39,167 bases of DNA from a virus (Duplodnaviria; Caudoviricetes), in the IMG/VR virus record IMGVR_UViG_3300032322_002021, positions 1 to 39,167 of that record; one strand, 5' to 3'. The notes below the pieces were generated by a model. It did no database searches. It saw nothing but the letters and a program-made list of their open reading frames with translations, and had not been told where the DNA came from. The translations under genes and the position numbers were made by a program. The stretch's first letter is position 1; every line of letters begins with the position of its first letter. Positions 14,007 through 24,675 of this stretch are shown piece by piece.

Positions 14007-14013
14007 TAGAAAA

Positions 14014-14154
14014 ATGGAACTTCAGGAGCAAAAAACTCATAATTTAATTATTCAAAATAAACTTCATGAAAAAATTCGTAATGATGAAGATTATGATGAC
14101 TGGGAATATGGTACAGAACCTACTTATGGAATGCCTATAAATACGAATAAATAG
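14014..14154 (+). CDS. small acidic hypothetical protein (46 aa)
   Basis: MELQEQKTHNLIIQNKLHEKIRNDEDYDDWEYGTEPTYGMPINTNK. Confidence 0.65.
   Translation: MELQEQKTHNLIIQNKLHEKIRNDEDYDDWEYGTEPTYGMPINTNK
14136..14153 (+). promoter_or_regulatory. tandem T4-type late promoters for the baseplate operon
   Basis: TATAAATA at 14136-14143 and ATAAATA at 14147-14153, upstream of the gp25 GTG start. Confidence 0.7.
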
Positions 14155-14172
14155 ACGAAGATCTTATAAAAA

Positions 14173-14577
14173 GTGCCTCTTCAAAAAATTTCTAGGGGTT
14201 TCAAAGATATTTCTTTATCAATGAAACGTCATCCAGTTACAAACGATATTCTTCCTTTAAAAAATGAGGATGCTATTAAGCGTTCGGTTCAAAATTTAGT
14301 AAGAATTAAGATTGGAGAGGTATTTTTTAACAATTTAATTGGGACTAGAATTAGTGGGGCACTTTTTGAACTAGCGACAACTGATTTTACTGATCCAATA
14401 AAAACTGAAATTGAGACTGTAATAACAAATTATGAACCAAGAGTTATACTAAAAACCGTTGAAGTTGATCCAGATCCTGATAATAATGCTTTAGACATCA
14501 CGATATCTTATGACATAGTTGGTTTATCAACGCCCACACAAACAATTACATTCATCTTAGAACCAACTAGACTATAA
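14173..14577 (+). CDS. gp25: baseplate wedge subunit gp25-like
   Basis: FKDISL...NEDAIKRSVQNL...GEVFFN...ALFE...NYEPRV signature; GTG start; directly upstream of gp6. Confidence 0.92.
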   Translation: MPLQKISRGFKDISLSMKRHPVTNDILPLKNEDAIKRSVQNLVRIKIGEVFFNNLIGTRISGALFELATTDFTDPIKTEIETVITNYEPRVILKTVEVDPDPDNNALDITISYDIVGLSTPTQTITFILEPTRL

Positions 14578-16457
14578 TGGCACTAACACAATTTACAAAT
14601 CTAAACTTTGAGGATATAAAAACCTCAATTAAAGATTATTTGAGAGCAAATACTAATTTTACAGATTATGATTTTGAGGGATCTAATCTATCAGTCATTA
14701 TAAATCTACTTGCATATAATTCTTATATTACCGCCTATAACACAAATATGGTGGTGAATGAAACATTTATAGATTCTGCGACATTGCGTGAAAATGTTGT
14801 TTCTCTTGTTCGTAATATTGGATATGTTCCTCGGTCAAAGCGTGCAGCAAAAGCAACTGTAGATTTTTTTATTAGTGGAATTTCTACTTCAACAGATACA
14901 ATTTCATTTCAACCAGGAATTGTTGCAAATGGAAGTGTTTCTGATGTAAATTTTATCTTCTCTATACCAGAAAAGGTTACCGTAGCAGCAGAAAATGGTA
15001 ATTCTTTTGGTAGTTTAGAGATTTATCAAGGGCAATATCTAGAAAATTCTTGGATTGTTAATAATTCTCAACCAAATCAACGTTATATAATTCCGAATAA
15101 TAGTGTTGATACATCGACTTTGCGTGTGCGGATAAAAAACACGTCTACAGATACTACTTCTACAGAATATCAATTAGTTGATAATATTCTTGGTATCACC
15201 TCAACATCAAATATTTACTTGATTCAAGAAACAACAGACGAAAAATATGAAATTTTGTTCGGGGATGGAATTTTTGGTAAAAAGTTACAATCTGGAAATG
15301 TAATTACTGCGTCTTATATCAAAACAAACGGTAAAGATGGTAACGGGGTCTCTGATTTTAGATTTACTGGTACTATTTTTGATGAAAATAATGCCAATAT
15401 AACCTCGTTTATTGTAGATTTAGCCACACAAATCCCATCTGAAAACGGAGATGGTATAGAACCAGTTGAAAGTGTCAAATATTATGCACCTAGACTATAT
15501 TCATCTCAACATAGAGCAGTAACTGCAAGTGATTATGAGGCGATTTTACCCACTTTATATCCAAACATAGAAAGTGTTAGTGCATATGGTGGAGAAGATT
15601 TAACTCCACCACAATATGGAAGAGTTTTTATTTCTGCTAAACCGAGAAATGGATCATTTTTGTCAGATTTTACTAAAAAACAACTTTTACAATCTTTAAA
15701 GAATTATTCGGTTGCTGGGATCGTTCCTCAATTTCAAGATTTAAAATATCTTTACGTGGAAATAGATAGTTACATTTATTATAATACAAATTTGATTAGT
15801 GATTCGAATAATTTAAAGACGGACATAGTTTCTGCTATGACATCTTATGCAAAAAGTGCGGAAATGAACCAATTTGGTGGAAGATTTAAATATAGTAAAA
15901 TTTGTTCATTAATTGATAATGTAAATACTGCAATTACTTCAAATATTACAACTGTAAGAATTAGAAGAGACTTAGTTGCAAAAATAAACAATCCAGCACA
16001 GTACGAATTGTGTTTTGACAATCAATTTTACTCTGGAAGAAATGATTATAATATTAAAAGTACGGGATTTGATGTTCTCAATGTAGATGGAACTTGTTAT
16101 TTTTCAGATAAGGTTGTTAATGGGTCTAATATTGGTAATTTGTTTCTTTTCCAGATAATTTCTGATGACGAAATTAATATTCTTTCAACTAAATTTGGAA
16201 CAGTAAATTATATCACTGGCGAAATCCTTATAGATACTGTAAATATCACTTCAACAAGTTTACCAGATAATATTATTGAAGTTCAGGCAATTCCACTATC
16301 AAATGATGTTTTAGCGAGAAAGGAATTATATTTGCAACTAGATATTTCTAAGAGTAATTTCTATATGAAACAGGATAGTATCTCTTCAGGTGCAAATACT
16401 TCTGGAACAAGATTTGATATACAGTCAAGCTATCAAAACGGTAAGAAAACAAGATAA
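14577..16457 (+). CDS. gp6: baseplate wedge subunit gp6
   Basis: LNFEDIK...FTDYDFEGSNLS...LAYN...ETFIDSATLRENVVS...RAVTASDY...YGRVFIS signature. Confidence 0.95.
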   Translation: MALTQFTNLNFEDIKTSIKDYLRANTNFTDYDFEGSNLSVIINLLAYNSYITAYNTNMVVNETFIDSATLRENVVSLVRNIGYVPRSKRAAKATVDFFISGISTSTDTISFQPGIVANGSVSDVNFIFSIPEKVTVAAENGNSFGSLEIYQGQYLENSWIVNNSQPNQRYIIPNNSVDTSTLRVRIKNTSTDTTSTEYQLVDNILGITSTSNIYLIQETTDEKYEILFGDGIFGKKLQSGNVITASYIKTNGKDGNGVSDFRFTGTIFDENNANITSFIVDLATQIPSENGDGIEPVESVKYYAPRLYSSQHRAVTASDYEAILPTLYPNIESVSAYGGEDLTPPQYGRVFISAKPRNGSFLSDFTKKQLLQSLKNYSVAGIVPQFQDLKYLYVEIDSYIYYNTNLISDSNNLKTDIVSAMTSYAKSAEMNQFGGRFKYSKICSLIDNVNTAITSNITTVRIRRDLVAKINNPAQYELCFDNQFYSGRNDYNIKSTGFDVLNVDGTCYFSDKVVNGSNIGNLFLFQIISDDEINILSTKFGTVNYITGEILIDTVNITSTSLPDNIIEVQAIPLSNDVLARKELYLQLDISKSNFYMKQDSISSGANTSGTRFDIQSSYQNGKKTR

Positions 16458-16460
16458 CAG

Positions 16461-19400
16461 ATGATTGAAACCTCCTTATCCAAAGTCAAAATCAACGAAA
16501 TTATTCAGAGCCAAATTCCTGAATATATTGATGTTGAAAATCCTTATTTTGGCGAATTTCTAAAACAATATTATTACTCTCAGGAGTATCAGGGAGGTCC
16601 AGTTGATATTGCAGATAATTTAGTTGAATATAAAAATTTAGACTATTTAAATACAAGAAATCTTATTGGATTTACATCATTAACATCATATATTAGTGGT
16701 ATTGATGAAACCATTTATGTACAGTCAACTGACGGCTGGCCAAAGCAATGGGGATTATTAAAAATTGATAATGAAATTATCACTTATACGGGTATTGGAT
16801 CTACTGTATTTACTGGATGCGTTCGTGGATTTAGTGGTATTGAAAAAAATACAAAAACTAATCAACCTGAGTATCTAACATTTACTTCTAGTGGAATTGC
16901 AACCCATGCATCTCAAGCAAGAGTTGAAAATCTTAGCAATATATTTTTAAATGAATTTTTAAACAAATTAAAAAAACTAGTTCTTCCTGGATTTGAAGAA
17001 AGAAATTTATATGGTGATTTAAATCAAAGCAATTTCATTAGACAAGCAAAAGATTTTTATAAATCCAAAGGAACAGAAGAAGCATTCAAAATTCTCTTCA
17101 AAGCATTATATGCTGAAGATGTTGAGATGGTTCAACCGCAAAAATTTGTTATTAAACCATCAGACGCAGATTTTATTGTAAATGATATATTAGTTTGTGA
17201 ATCTGTTAGTGGAGATCCTACAAAAATTGAAGGACAAACGCTATTTCAAGATACAAATCCATTACAAACGAGTGGATCAATTTATAATGTTGAAAAAGCA
17301 ATTATAGATGGTAAAACTTATTATAAAGTCGCTATTTCTAAAGGAACAACAATAGGTAAGTTTCTTCAGGTAGGAAAAACTTTTGTTACAAAAACTGCTG
17401 GTGCTGGATCTACAATTCTAAATGTAGATAGTACAATTGGTTTCGATAAATCTGGAGATCTTATATACGAAAATATTGAACTTACATATGCAGATAAAAA
17501 TTATACGCAGTTTCTTGGTGTTTCTGGAATAACGACAACTGTAGGTATTGGATCAACAGTCTTTGCATCTGGTCTCCAGGCGTATTCTTATGAAAATGGA
17601 GATCTTGATAATCCTGTTTATCTAAACATATTAGGATCTATTAATAATTTTGTTGGATATGGAATAAATCAGCAAGAAGAAAGTGATATTAATATATTAA
17701 CTTTAGGTATTGAGCAAAAAGATACTAGATTTACTTCTTGGATTTACAATACTCCAACAAAATACAATGTTGACACTATTAATTCATTAGGATCAAATGT
17801 TTACGAGTTTAAATTTTTTATTGATCATGTTTTATATGTTGGGGATACATTAGAAATTATAGACGAAGATAATAATATTATTATTGGAATATTACTTCAG
17901 ATAATTAATAATAAAATCATACAAATTAATTCCACTTCTTTAGATTTATCCAAAAAATATTTTGTAAGAAGACAATTAAAAACAAATAAAGGATATACTG
18001 CAGATATTCAAAATACATATGCATCTGGGTCTGATGTATATGTTGCATCAAATAGTCTTCCTCACTGGAATATAAATCCTCAAAAAAGAATTAAAAATTT
18101 TAATATATCTGGAGTTACGACAAGTACCCAAATTATTATCACAGATCATCACTTTAATGATGGTGATCTTGTAGTATATAATCCAGTAAATACGAATACT
18201 TCATTATCTGGATTAAGCACTGGTCAATCATATTATATCCGTAAGATAGACGATAATGTAGTTTCACTAGCCTATTCATTAGAAAATGCTCGTAGAGGTC
18301 AATATATAACAGTATTTGGATCGAATGATTTATCTACAATTACTACACATTCCTTAACTTCATATAATGTTGGATTTTCTACAATAGGAGCACAAAAGAT
18401 ATTAAGAAAGTTTTCAGTTCCTGAATTTGGTGATATTAAATCAGAAACAATTCAGGGTGGAATTGGTTTGTTTGTTAATGGTGTTGAAATTTATTCATAT
18501 AAATCCTCCGATAAAGTTTATTATGGTCCAATCCAATCAATTAGTGTTTTAAATGCAGGATTTGATTATGATGTAATCAACCCACCAAGACTTTCAGTTT
18601 ATCAAGATGGGCACTCTGGTGTAGGTGCATCTGTTATTGCACATGTATCAGGAACTATTAAAGAAATTCTTGTTGATACTGAAGGTTTAGATTACATTTC
18701 AGCACCATCTGTTTATATTTCTGGTGGAAATGGTTCTGCTACTGCAGAAGCAAAAATGAAATTAGTTCCACATCAAGTGGATTTTGACAGTACTAGTACT
18801 GGTGGTATTGTAAATACCACTACTGATAAATTTACCTTCACAGAGGCACATGGATTTAAGCATGGTGAAGAGATCATTTATGAAACTCGTGGAACTACTC
18901 CCATTGGTATTGGAACAACTCCAGGAACATTAATCAATGGGGCATCTTATTTTGTAATTAAAAATAATGATTATACTATATCTCTAGCAGAAACAAGACA
19001 AAAATCTCTTGTTGGTATTGCAACACTTGATATTATTTCTAATGGCGAAGGATTTCATTCATTTTATACTAAAGAAAGAAGATTAAAGGTCGATAAAATT
19101 TATGCTATTAAAAGTAGTGTATTCTACAATAAAGAAACTACGACAACCCCCGTTGGTATTAATACATTTACACATATAATTACAATTAATAATCATGGAT
19201 ATAATTCTGGCGAAGAGCTGAAATATTCAACAACAGGATTAGCAATTGGTGGATTAAGTACAACTACCAAATATTACGCCATAAAAGTTGATAGCAATCA
19301 ATTTAGAGTATCTATTTCTACCAGTTTGACGAACTATGTTGGATTGACTAGTATTGGATCTGGTTATCATATATTCAACTATCCACCAATTACGGTTATA

Positions 19401-22400
19401 TTAAGTGGTTCTCAGGGAATCACAACATCAAATGCTACTGCTACACCAATTGTTAGAGGATCAATATCTTCAGTCCATGTAAAAAATTCTGGTAGTAATT
19501 TTGGATCAACAATTATTAATGATAACTACAAACCAGAAATTAAAATTATTGAGGGATCTAATGCTTCACTAAGACCATTTATTATTAATGGAAAACTAGA
19601 TTCTGTTATCGTTAAAAGTGGTGGATTAAATTATTTTAGCGTTCCAGATATTATTATTTCTGGTGATGGTGTCGGTGCTAAAGCAAAAGCAAATATTTTA
19701 AATGGTCAGATAATAAGTGTTGATATTATTGATTCTGGTATAGGATATAGTGAAAACTCAACAGTTATCACAGCAACTACGCCTGGAGAAGGTGCAATAT
19801 TTTCTTCAAATTTAAAAGAATGGAAAATTAATCAGGTAGAAAGATATGCAAAAATTGGTGATGTAAATTCTGATGATGGCTTTTATGAATCTATGCGAAG
19901 TTCTAAACTTGGAAATCCATATGTAAATTACTATGTTCCAAGAAATTTAAGAAATTTTTTAAATGATACTGGTATTCAACATTCTCCAATCTTGGGATAT
20001 GCTTACGATGGAAGTCCTATTTACGGACCATATGCATATACAAATATTGATGGTACAGGACCATTAAAATATTTACAATCAAGTTATGTAAAAATATCTG
20101 GCACACGAGTAGATGGTCCAGATATTTTACAATATCCGATTGGATTTTTTGTAGAGGATTACAATTATGTCCAAGGTAGTGGAGATCTAGATGAACATAA
20201 TGGTCGCTTTGCAATTACACCAGAATATCCTAATGGAGTATACGCATATTACACAACAGTATCTTCATCTGTTATTAGCAATAGTGGAAATCCTTTCAAT
20301 GGAGCAAGACAACCAGAATTTCCATATGTAATTGGCAATACTTATAATTTTTCTCCAAATATTTTTAATTACGACTACAATTCAACTCAAGATATAGATC
20401 CAGTTTCATTAAATTTAATTAGAAATACCAATTCGTATAAAATTAATGACGGATATGAATTTATTAGTAATACCATTAAAAATACATTTGTACAATCAAA
20501 AATTTCTAAAATAAAGTTTGGTAGCGTAGAAAAAATTGATGTTGTAGAAAGTGGTATAAACTACAATGTTAATGACAAAATTATATTCGATAATACAAAT
20601 ACTTCAGGATTTGGTGCAATTGCAAAGATATCGAAAATTGTCGGTGTGGGTGTAACTAATGTTACATCTACGACTACATCCGTCAATAATCTAACTTTAG
20701 TGTGTAATAATAACACAGTAACAGCAATTTCTACTCAACCACACAATTTTATTGATGGATCTTATGTATCAATAGTTGGAATTGGATCAACTGCTTTTAA
20801 TAAACTTGGTGGAACCCATCGAATAAATGTACAATCTGTTAGATCTGGATTGGGAACATCGATGAAAATAGTTGGATTAACATCTAGTTTATACATCAAA
20901 GATAGTGTTACTAAATTTGAGGTAAATGATATATTAAAAGTTGATGACGAACAATTTCTTGTTATGTCTATCGACAGACCAAATAATAGATTAAATTTAT
21001 TAAGAAACTATAATGGCACTGTTGGACAAGCTCATACTGCAGGTGCTGAAATAACAAGACTTGAGACAAAATTTACTTATGAATTAGATAATGTTGTAAA
21101 TTTATCTACACCAAAGAATGAAACTGTGTTTTTTGATGCTTCTTCTGTTGTTGGAGTTGGACTATCTTATGGGGTTGGAATAGGAACAACAATTTCTTAT
21201 ATTGGAGCCGGAGATACTACAAAGTCAATTTTTATCCCAACTAGAAGTATTTTCCTACCAGATAATCCATTGGTTCATGGTGAAGAAGTTTTTTATAGTC
21301 CAGGTGCTGGTACTTCATTGACATATTCACTCAATGGAAGTACGACTTTTCCAATGCCATCCAAAATGTATGTGCAAAAACTTACAAAAGACTTAATTGC
21401 ACTTACAACTGCAAAAACAGGTATAAATTCTGATTTATCAAGAGTTTTCTTTAATGGAAATATTGGTATTGGAAATAGTCACTCGTTTACAACAAGAAGA
21501 AATATTGTTTCATGCGATGTTGAAACTGTAAATGTTGTTGTATCCACAGCATCTTCTCATGGATTAAGACCAGATGATACAATTGATTTAACCGTTGTTT
21601 CTACTGCTACAAGTTCAGTTTCTGCATCTTATAATTCTATTACTAGATTTGTAAGTATTGCATCATCAATTAATCCAAATTTGAATGTATCTTTAGGTGA
21701 TTACTTAGAATTTGATGTTTCAGATCCAAGTCTGTTAAATACAAAATTAGATTTTTTCTTAGATAAAAATTACACTAAAAAATTTGTTGGATCTGGTGTT
21801 TCATCGTTAGAAATAACAAATAAATTTGCTCCAGGAATTACTTCAGCAACAACTACAATTCATTTTACCGAGAAAGTTCCATCAGTTTTATATTACAAAT
21901 TTACGTCATTAATTCCAACAAAAATTATTGAAATTAATAAAGATATTGATAATTTTTCAAAAATTATTGTAAATCCTAGTAAATTTACTGGGACACATTC
22001 ATTAACAACAACCACAAACCAATCCTTCACTTTTAATATATTTGAAGTTCCTGAAAGAATAGGATATACTAGTGCTTCGCACATCAGTTACATTACCAAT
22101 TCCACAAATGTAGGTGGACCTATTGCAAAAGTAGCTGTTTTGGATGGAGGAAGAAATTATAAATCTTTACCAAAAGTATCTGTATCCTCTACATCTGGAT
22201 CTTCTGCATCTTTAAGACCATATGGATCTAATATTGGATCTATTGATACCGTTAAAATTATAGATTTTGGATACGATTATTCATCAGATAAAACTCTTCG
22301 ACCGCAGGCATCTGTTCCTCAGGTAATTTTATTAAAAGATAATTACACTATTGATAGTGTAGCAATAACTTCGACAGGTTCAAAATATCTTGTTGCACCT

Positions 22401-24659
22401 GATTTAATTGTTTATAATAGAAAAACAAATACTATTAATACTCAATCAAGTGTTGTTGCTAAGTTATCGGGCAATAGTGTTGGATCAGTCAATATTAATG
22501 ATGCAGGAGGAAATTTAAAGAGCACTGACAATTATATTATTGCAATTAATAATACCAATGGTGTTGGAATTATTAGTGCGACATATTCTTATCCAACAGT
22601 CACCCTAAGACTTCAAACTCCAATAACAGGATTTACTACTAGCAATCCATTGCCATTTGCAGTTGGCGATCAAATATTTGTAGAAAATATTGGGGTTTCT
22701 ACTGGAAAGGGGTACAATTCTTCAGAGTATGGATATCGTTATTGGGATATTACTGGGGTAAATACTGCATTTGGATTAGTAAATCAAGCAACAATTTCAT
22801 ATTCCTTAAATGAAAATCCAGGCGTTCATGATGGATTGCAATATGGAACAGTATCTAATGCTAAAGATATTGCTAAATTTAATTTAACTTTAAGAGAAGG
22901 AGAATTTTATAATGGCGAAGAAGTATATACAAATTCGGTATCAACAAATGTTATTTCTGGAAATGGTAATGTAACAAATATTTTAAGAGTTAATAGTCTC
23001 GTTGGTCTTAATACTGGAGATTTGATAAAAGGAAGAGTTTCAGGTTCTTCTGGAATTATTGAAAGTATGCAAAATTATTCTGGATCTTTTGATGTTAATT
23101 CATCAATATCAAAAGATTTTGGATGGGAAAAAGACACTGGAAAATTAAATGACTTTTTCCAAAGAATTCATGATAGTAATTATTACCAACAATTTTCATA
23201 TTCCCTAAAAAGTAAAATTGGCATTACTAGTTGGAGTGAGCCTGTTGATAGCTTAGCACATATTGCAGGATTTAAAAAACATTCAGATTTACTCATTCCA
23301 TCAGATAGTTTATCTGGAGTTGGAAGTACTAGTATTTCAGTTGGTGTTGGAACTCAATCCAGTACAATTATATTAGTTACACCAGATCCAATAAAAATGT
23401 ATTGTAAACATGATTGGGATCTAGTTTACGAAAAAACAAATAGTGATGCAACAATTAGCGATAAAGTTGTGTTTCACTCAAATAGATTTGGGGATGCCTT
23501 AATTTGCAAATCAAACAGGGTTCTTGAAATAGATGATATTAGTCCTCAATTTTATTCGGATCCAGATATAAGTAGAACAATAGAGATTGATAGTTTTGAT
23601 ATCAATCAAACATCTGCTGTTAAGTATTATGCTCAGATTGTTCTTGATACATCTTTAGGAATTTCTTTTAATGAAACTCAATATACAGAATTTGTTGTTT
23701 CTCATGATGGTACAGTATCATTTAACAACCAATATTCAGATTTATCAGATGCTTTTGATTTAGGAGATTTTAGTACTTCAATTTCTGGCACAACAATTTC
23801 TATTTTATTCTCACCATATAATACAACATATTCATATGATATAACTTTCTACAAAGAAAAGATTGATCCTTTTGTTGGAGTAGGAGCAACTTCGTTTGGC
23901 CATATTAAAAAAGTTGGCGTTTCTTCATTTATTGCTGCATCAGGATCGCCAACAGAACAGATTATACAAGCAATTGATGCAAATCAGTTTAAGAGTGGTA
24001 GTGTTATTGTTTCTGTAATTGGCATTGGCAGTAAAAATATTGTTGAAGCGTCTTTTCTTGGAATAGGATCAACTTGCCAATATATCGAATTTGGTAAGAT
24101 GGATAATGGAATTAATCTTGGAACATTTAGTGCTAATATGACTGGAACAAATGATCTTCATTTGAAGTGGATACCTGCCATTGGAGTTGGTGTTACAGTT
24201 GCTATGCTATCTACCTTAGTCGGCGTTGCAACTACAGTCCCTGGAGGCATTGCAGGCACGTCTCGTGAAGTTGGAGATGCTTCATTAAATTGTACAAGAA
24301 CTGGAATTATTTCATCTGCTACACCATCAGCAGAAACTATCGCAATAATTCCGTCAACTAGTTATACTTCAGTAAAATATATGGTTGAAATTTATAATGT
24401 AACAGATGGTGACTATTCATTCTTCCATATTACAGCAAATGTATATGGTGATGTTGTTAACTATATTAAGTACAACAATCTTTCTACTTCTGTGGATACT
24501 AGAAGAGATATTCAAAATATCGATATGACAGTTTCTGGTACAAATGCTCTATTAAGATTTACCCCAAGAGCAAATAAAGAATATATTGTAAGGACATCAG
24601 AGATTAGAATTGATAAACCAGATGATGTGGCATCTGATGTTGTTATAACCCTTCTATAA
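16461..24659 (+). CDS. gp7: giant gp7-like baseplate wedge initiator / virion structural protein (2732 aa)
   Basis: N-terminal KDFYKSKGTEEAFKILFKALY and C-proximal DSNYYQQFSYSLKS...LAHIAGF gp7-type motifs; position between gp6 and gp8; internal beta-repeat modules and a YHYH-like region. Confidence 0.8.
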   Translation: MIETSLSKVKINEIIQSQIPEYIDVENPYFGEFLKQYYYSQEYQGGPVDIADNLVEYKNLDYLNTRNLIGFTSLTSYISGIDETIYVQSTDGWPKQWGLLKIDNEIITYTGIGSTVFTGCVRGFSGIEKNTKTNQPEYLTFTSSGIATHASQARVENLSNIFLNEFLNKLKKLVLPGFEERNLYGDLNQSNFIRQAKDFYKSKGTEEAFKILFKALYAEDVEMVQPQKFVIKPSDADFIVNDILVCESVSGDPTKIEGQTLFQDTNPLQTSGSIYNVEKAIIDGKTYYKVAISKGTTIGKFLQVGKTFVTKTAGAGSTILNVDSTIGFDKSGDLIYENIELTYADKNYTQFLGVSGITTTVGIGSTVFASGLQAYSYENGDLDNPVYLNILGSINNFVGYGINQQEESDINILTLGIEQKDTRFTSWIYNTPTKYNVDTINSLGSNVYEFKFFIDHVLYVGDTLEIIDEDNNIIIGILLQIINNKIIQINSTSLDLSKKYFVRRQLKTNKGYTADIQNTYASGSDVYVASNSLPHWNINPQKRIKNFNISGVTTSTQIIITDHHFNDGDLVVYNPVNTNTSLSGLSTGQSYYIRKIDDNVVSLAYSLENARRGQYITVFGSNDLSTITTHSLTSYNVGFSTIGAQKILRKFSVPEFGDIKSETIQGGIGLFVNGVEIYSYKSSDKVYYGPIQSISVLNAGFDYDVINPPRLSVYQDGHSGVGASVIAHVSGTIKEILVDTEGLDYISAPSVYISGGNGSATAEAKMKLVPHQVDFDSTSTGGIVNTTTDKFTFTEAHGFKHGEEIIYETRGTTPIGIGTTPGTLINGASYFVIKNNDYTISLAETRQKSLVGIATLDIISNGEGFHSFYTKERRLKVDKIYAIKSSVFYNKETTTTPVGINTFTHIITINNHGYNSGEELKYSTTGLAIGGLSTTTKYYAIKVDSNQFRVSISTSLTNYVGLTSIGSGYHIFNYPPITVILSGSQGITTSNATATPIVRGSISSVHVKNSGSNFGSTIINDNYKPEIKIIEGSNASLRPFIINGKLDSVIVKSGGLNYFSVPDIIISGDGVGAKAKANILNGQIISVDIIDSGIGYSENSTVITATTPGEGAIFSSNLKEWKINQVERYAKIGDVNSDDGFYESMRSSKLGNPYVNYYVPRNLRNFLNDTGIQHSPILGYAYDGSPIYGPYAYTNIDGTGPLKYLQSSYVKISGTRVDGPDILQYPIGFFVEDYNYVQGSGDLDEHNGRFAITPEYPNGVYAYYTTVSSSVISNSGNPFNGARQPEFPYVIGNTYNFSPNIFNYDYNSTQDIDPVSLNLIRNTNSYKINDGYEFISNTIKNTFVQSKISKIKFGSVEKIDVVESGINYNVNDKIIFDNTNTSGFGAIAKISKIVGVGVTNVTSTTTSVNNLTLVCNNNTVTAISTQPHNFIDGSYVSIVGIGSTAFNKLGGTHRINVQSVRSGLGTSMKIVGLTSSLYIKDSVTKFEVNDILKVDDEQFLVMSIDRPNNRLNLLRNYNGTVGQAHTAGAEITRLETKFTYELDNVVNLSTPKNETVFFDASSVVGVGLSYGVGIGTTISYIGAGDTTKSIFIPTRSIFLPDNPLVHGEEVFYSPGAGTSLTYSLNGSTTFPMPSKMYVQKLTKDLIALTTAKTGINSDLSRVFFNGNIGIGNSHSFTTRRNIVSCDVETVNVVVSTASSHGLRPDDTIDLTVVSTATSSVSASYNSITRFVSIASSINPNLNVSLGDYLEFDVSDPSLLNTKLDFFLDKNYTKKFVGSGVSSLEITNKFAPGITSATTTIHFTEKVPSVLYYKFTSLIPTKIIEINKDIDNFSKIIVNPSKFTGTHSLTTTTNQSFTFNIFEVPERIGYTSASHISYITNSTNVGGPIAKVAVLDGGRNYKSLPKVSVSSTSGSSASLRPYGSNIGSIDTVKIIDFGYDYSSDKTLRPQASVPQVILLKDNYTIDSVAITSTGSKYLVAPDLIVYNRKTNTINTQSSVVAKLSGNSVGSVNINDAGGNLKSTDNYIIAINNTNGVGIISATYSYPTVTLRLQTPITGFTTSNPLPFAVGDQIFVENIGVSTGKGYNSSEYGYRYWDITGVNTAFGLVNQATISYSLNENPGVHDGLQYGTVSNAKDIAKFNLTLREGEFYNGEEVYTNSVSTNVISGNGNVTNILRVNSLVGLNTGDLIKGRVSGSSGIIESMQNYSGSFDVNSSISKDFGWEKDTGKLNDFFQRIHDSNYYQQFSYSLKSKIGITSWSEPVDSLAHIAGFKKHSDLLIPSDSLSGVGSTSISVGVGTQSSTIILVTPDPIKMYCKHDWDLVYEKTNSDATISDKVVFHSNRFGDALICKSNRVLEIDDISPQFYSDPDISRTIEIDSFDINQTSAVKYYAQIVLDTSLGISFNETQYTEFVVSHDGTVSFNNQYSDLSDAFDLGDFSTSISGTTISILFSPYNTTYSYDITFYKEKIDPFVGVGATSFGHIKKVGVSSFIAASGSPTEQIIQAIDANQFKSGSVIVSVIGIGSKNIVEASFLGIGSTCQYIEFGKMDNGINLGTFSANMTGTNDLHLKWIPAIGVGVTVAMLSTLVGVATTVPGGIAGTSREVGDASLNCTRTGIISSATPSAETIAIIPSTSYTSVKYMVEIYNVTDGDYSFFHITANVYGDVVNYIKYNNLSTSVDTRRDIQNIDMTVSGTNALLRFTPRANKEYIVRTSEIRIDKPDDVASDVVITLL

Positions 24660-24662
24660 ATA
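24655..24662 (+). promoter_or_regulatory. T4-type late promoter TATAAATA
   Basis: Perfect consensus overlapping the gp7 stop, 13 nt before ATG 24676. Confidence 0.7.
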
Positions 24663-24675
24663 CTCCAAAAAAGAT

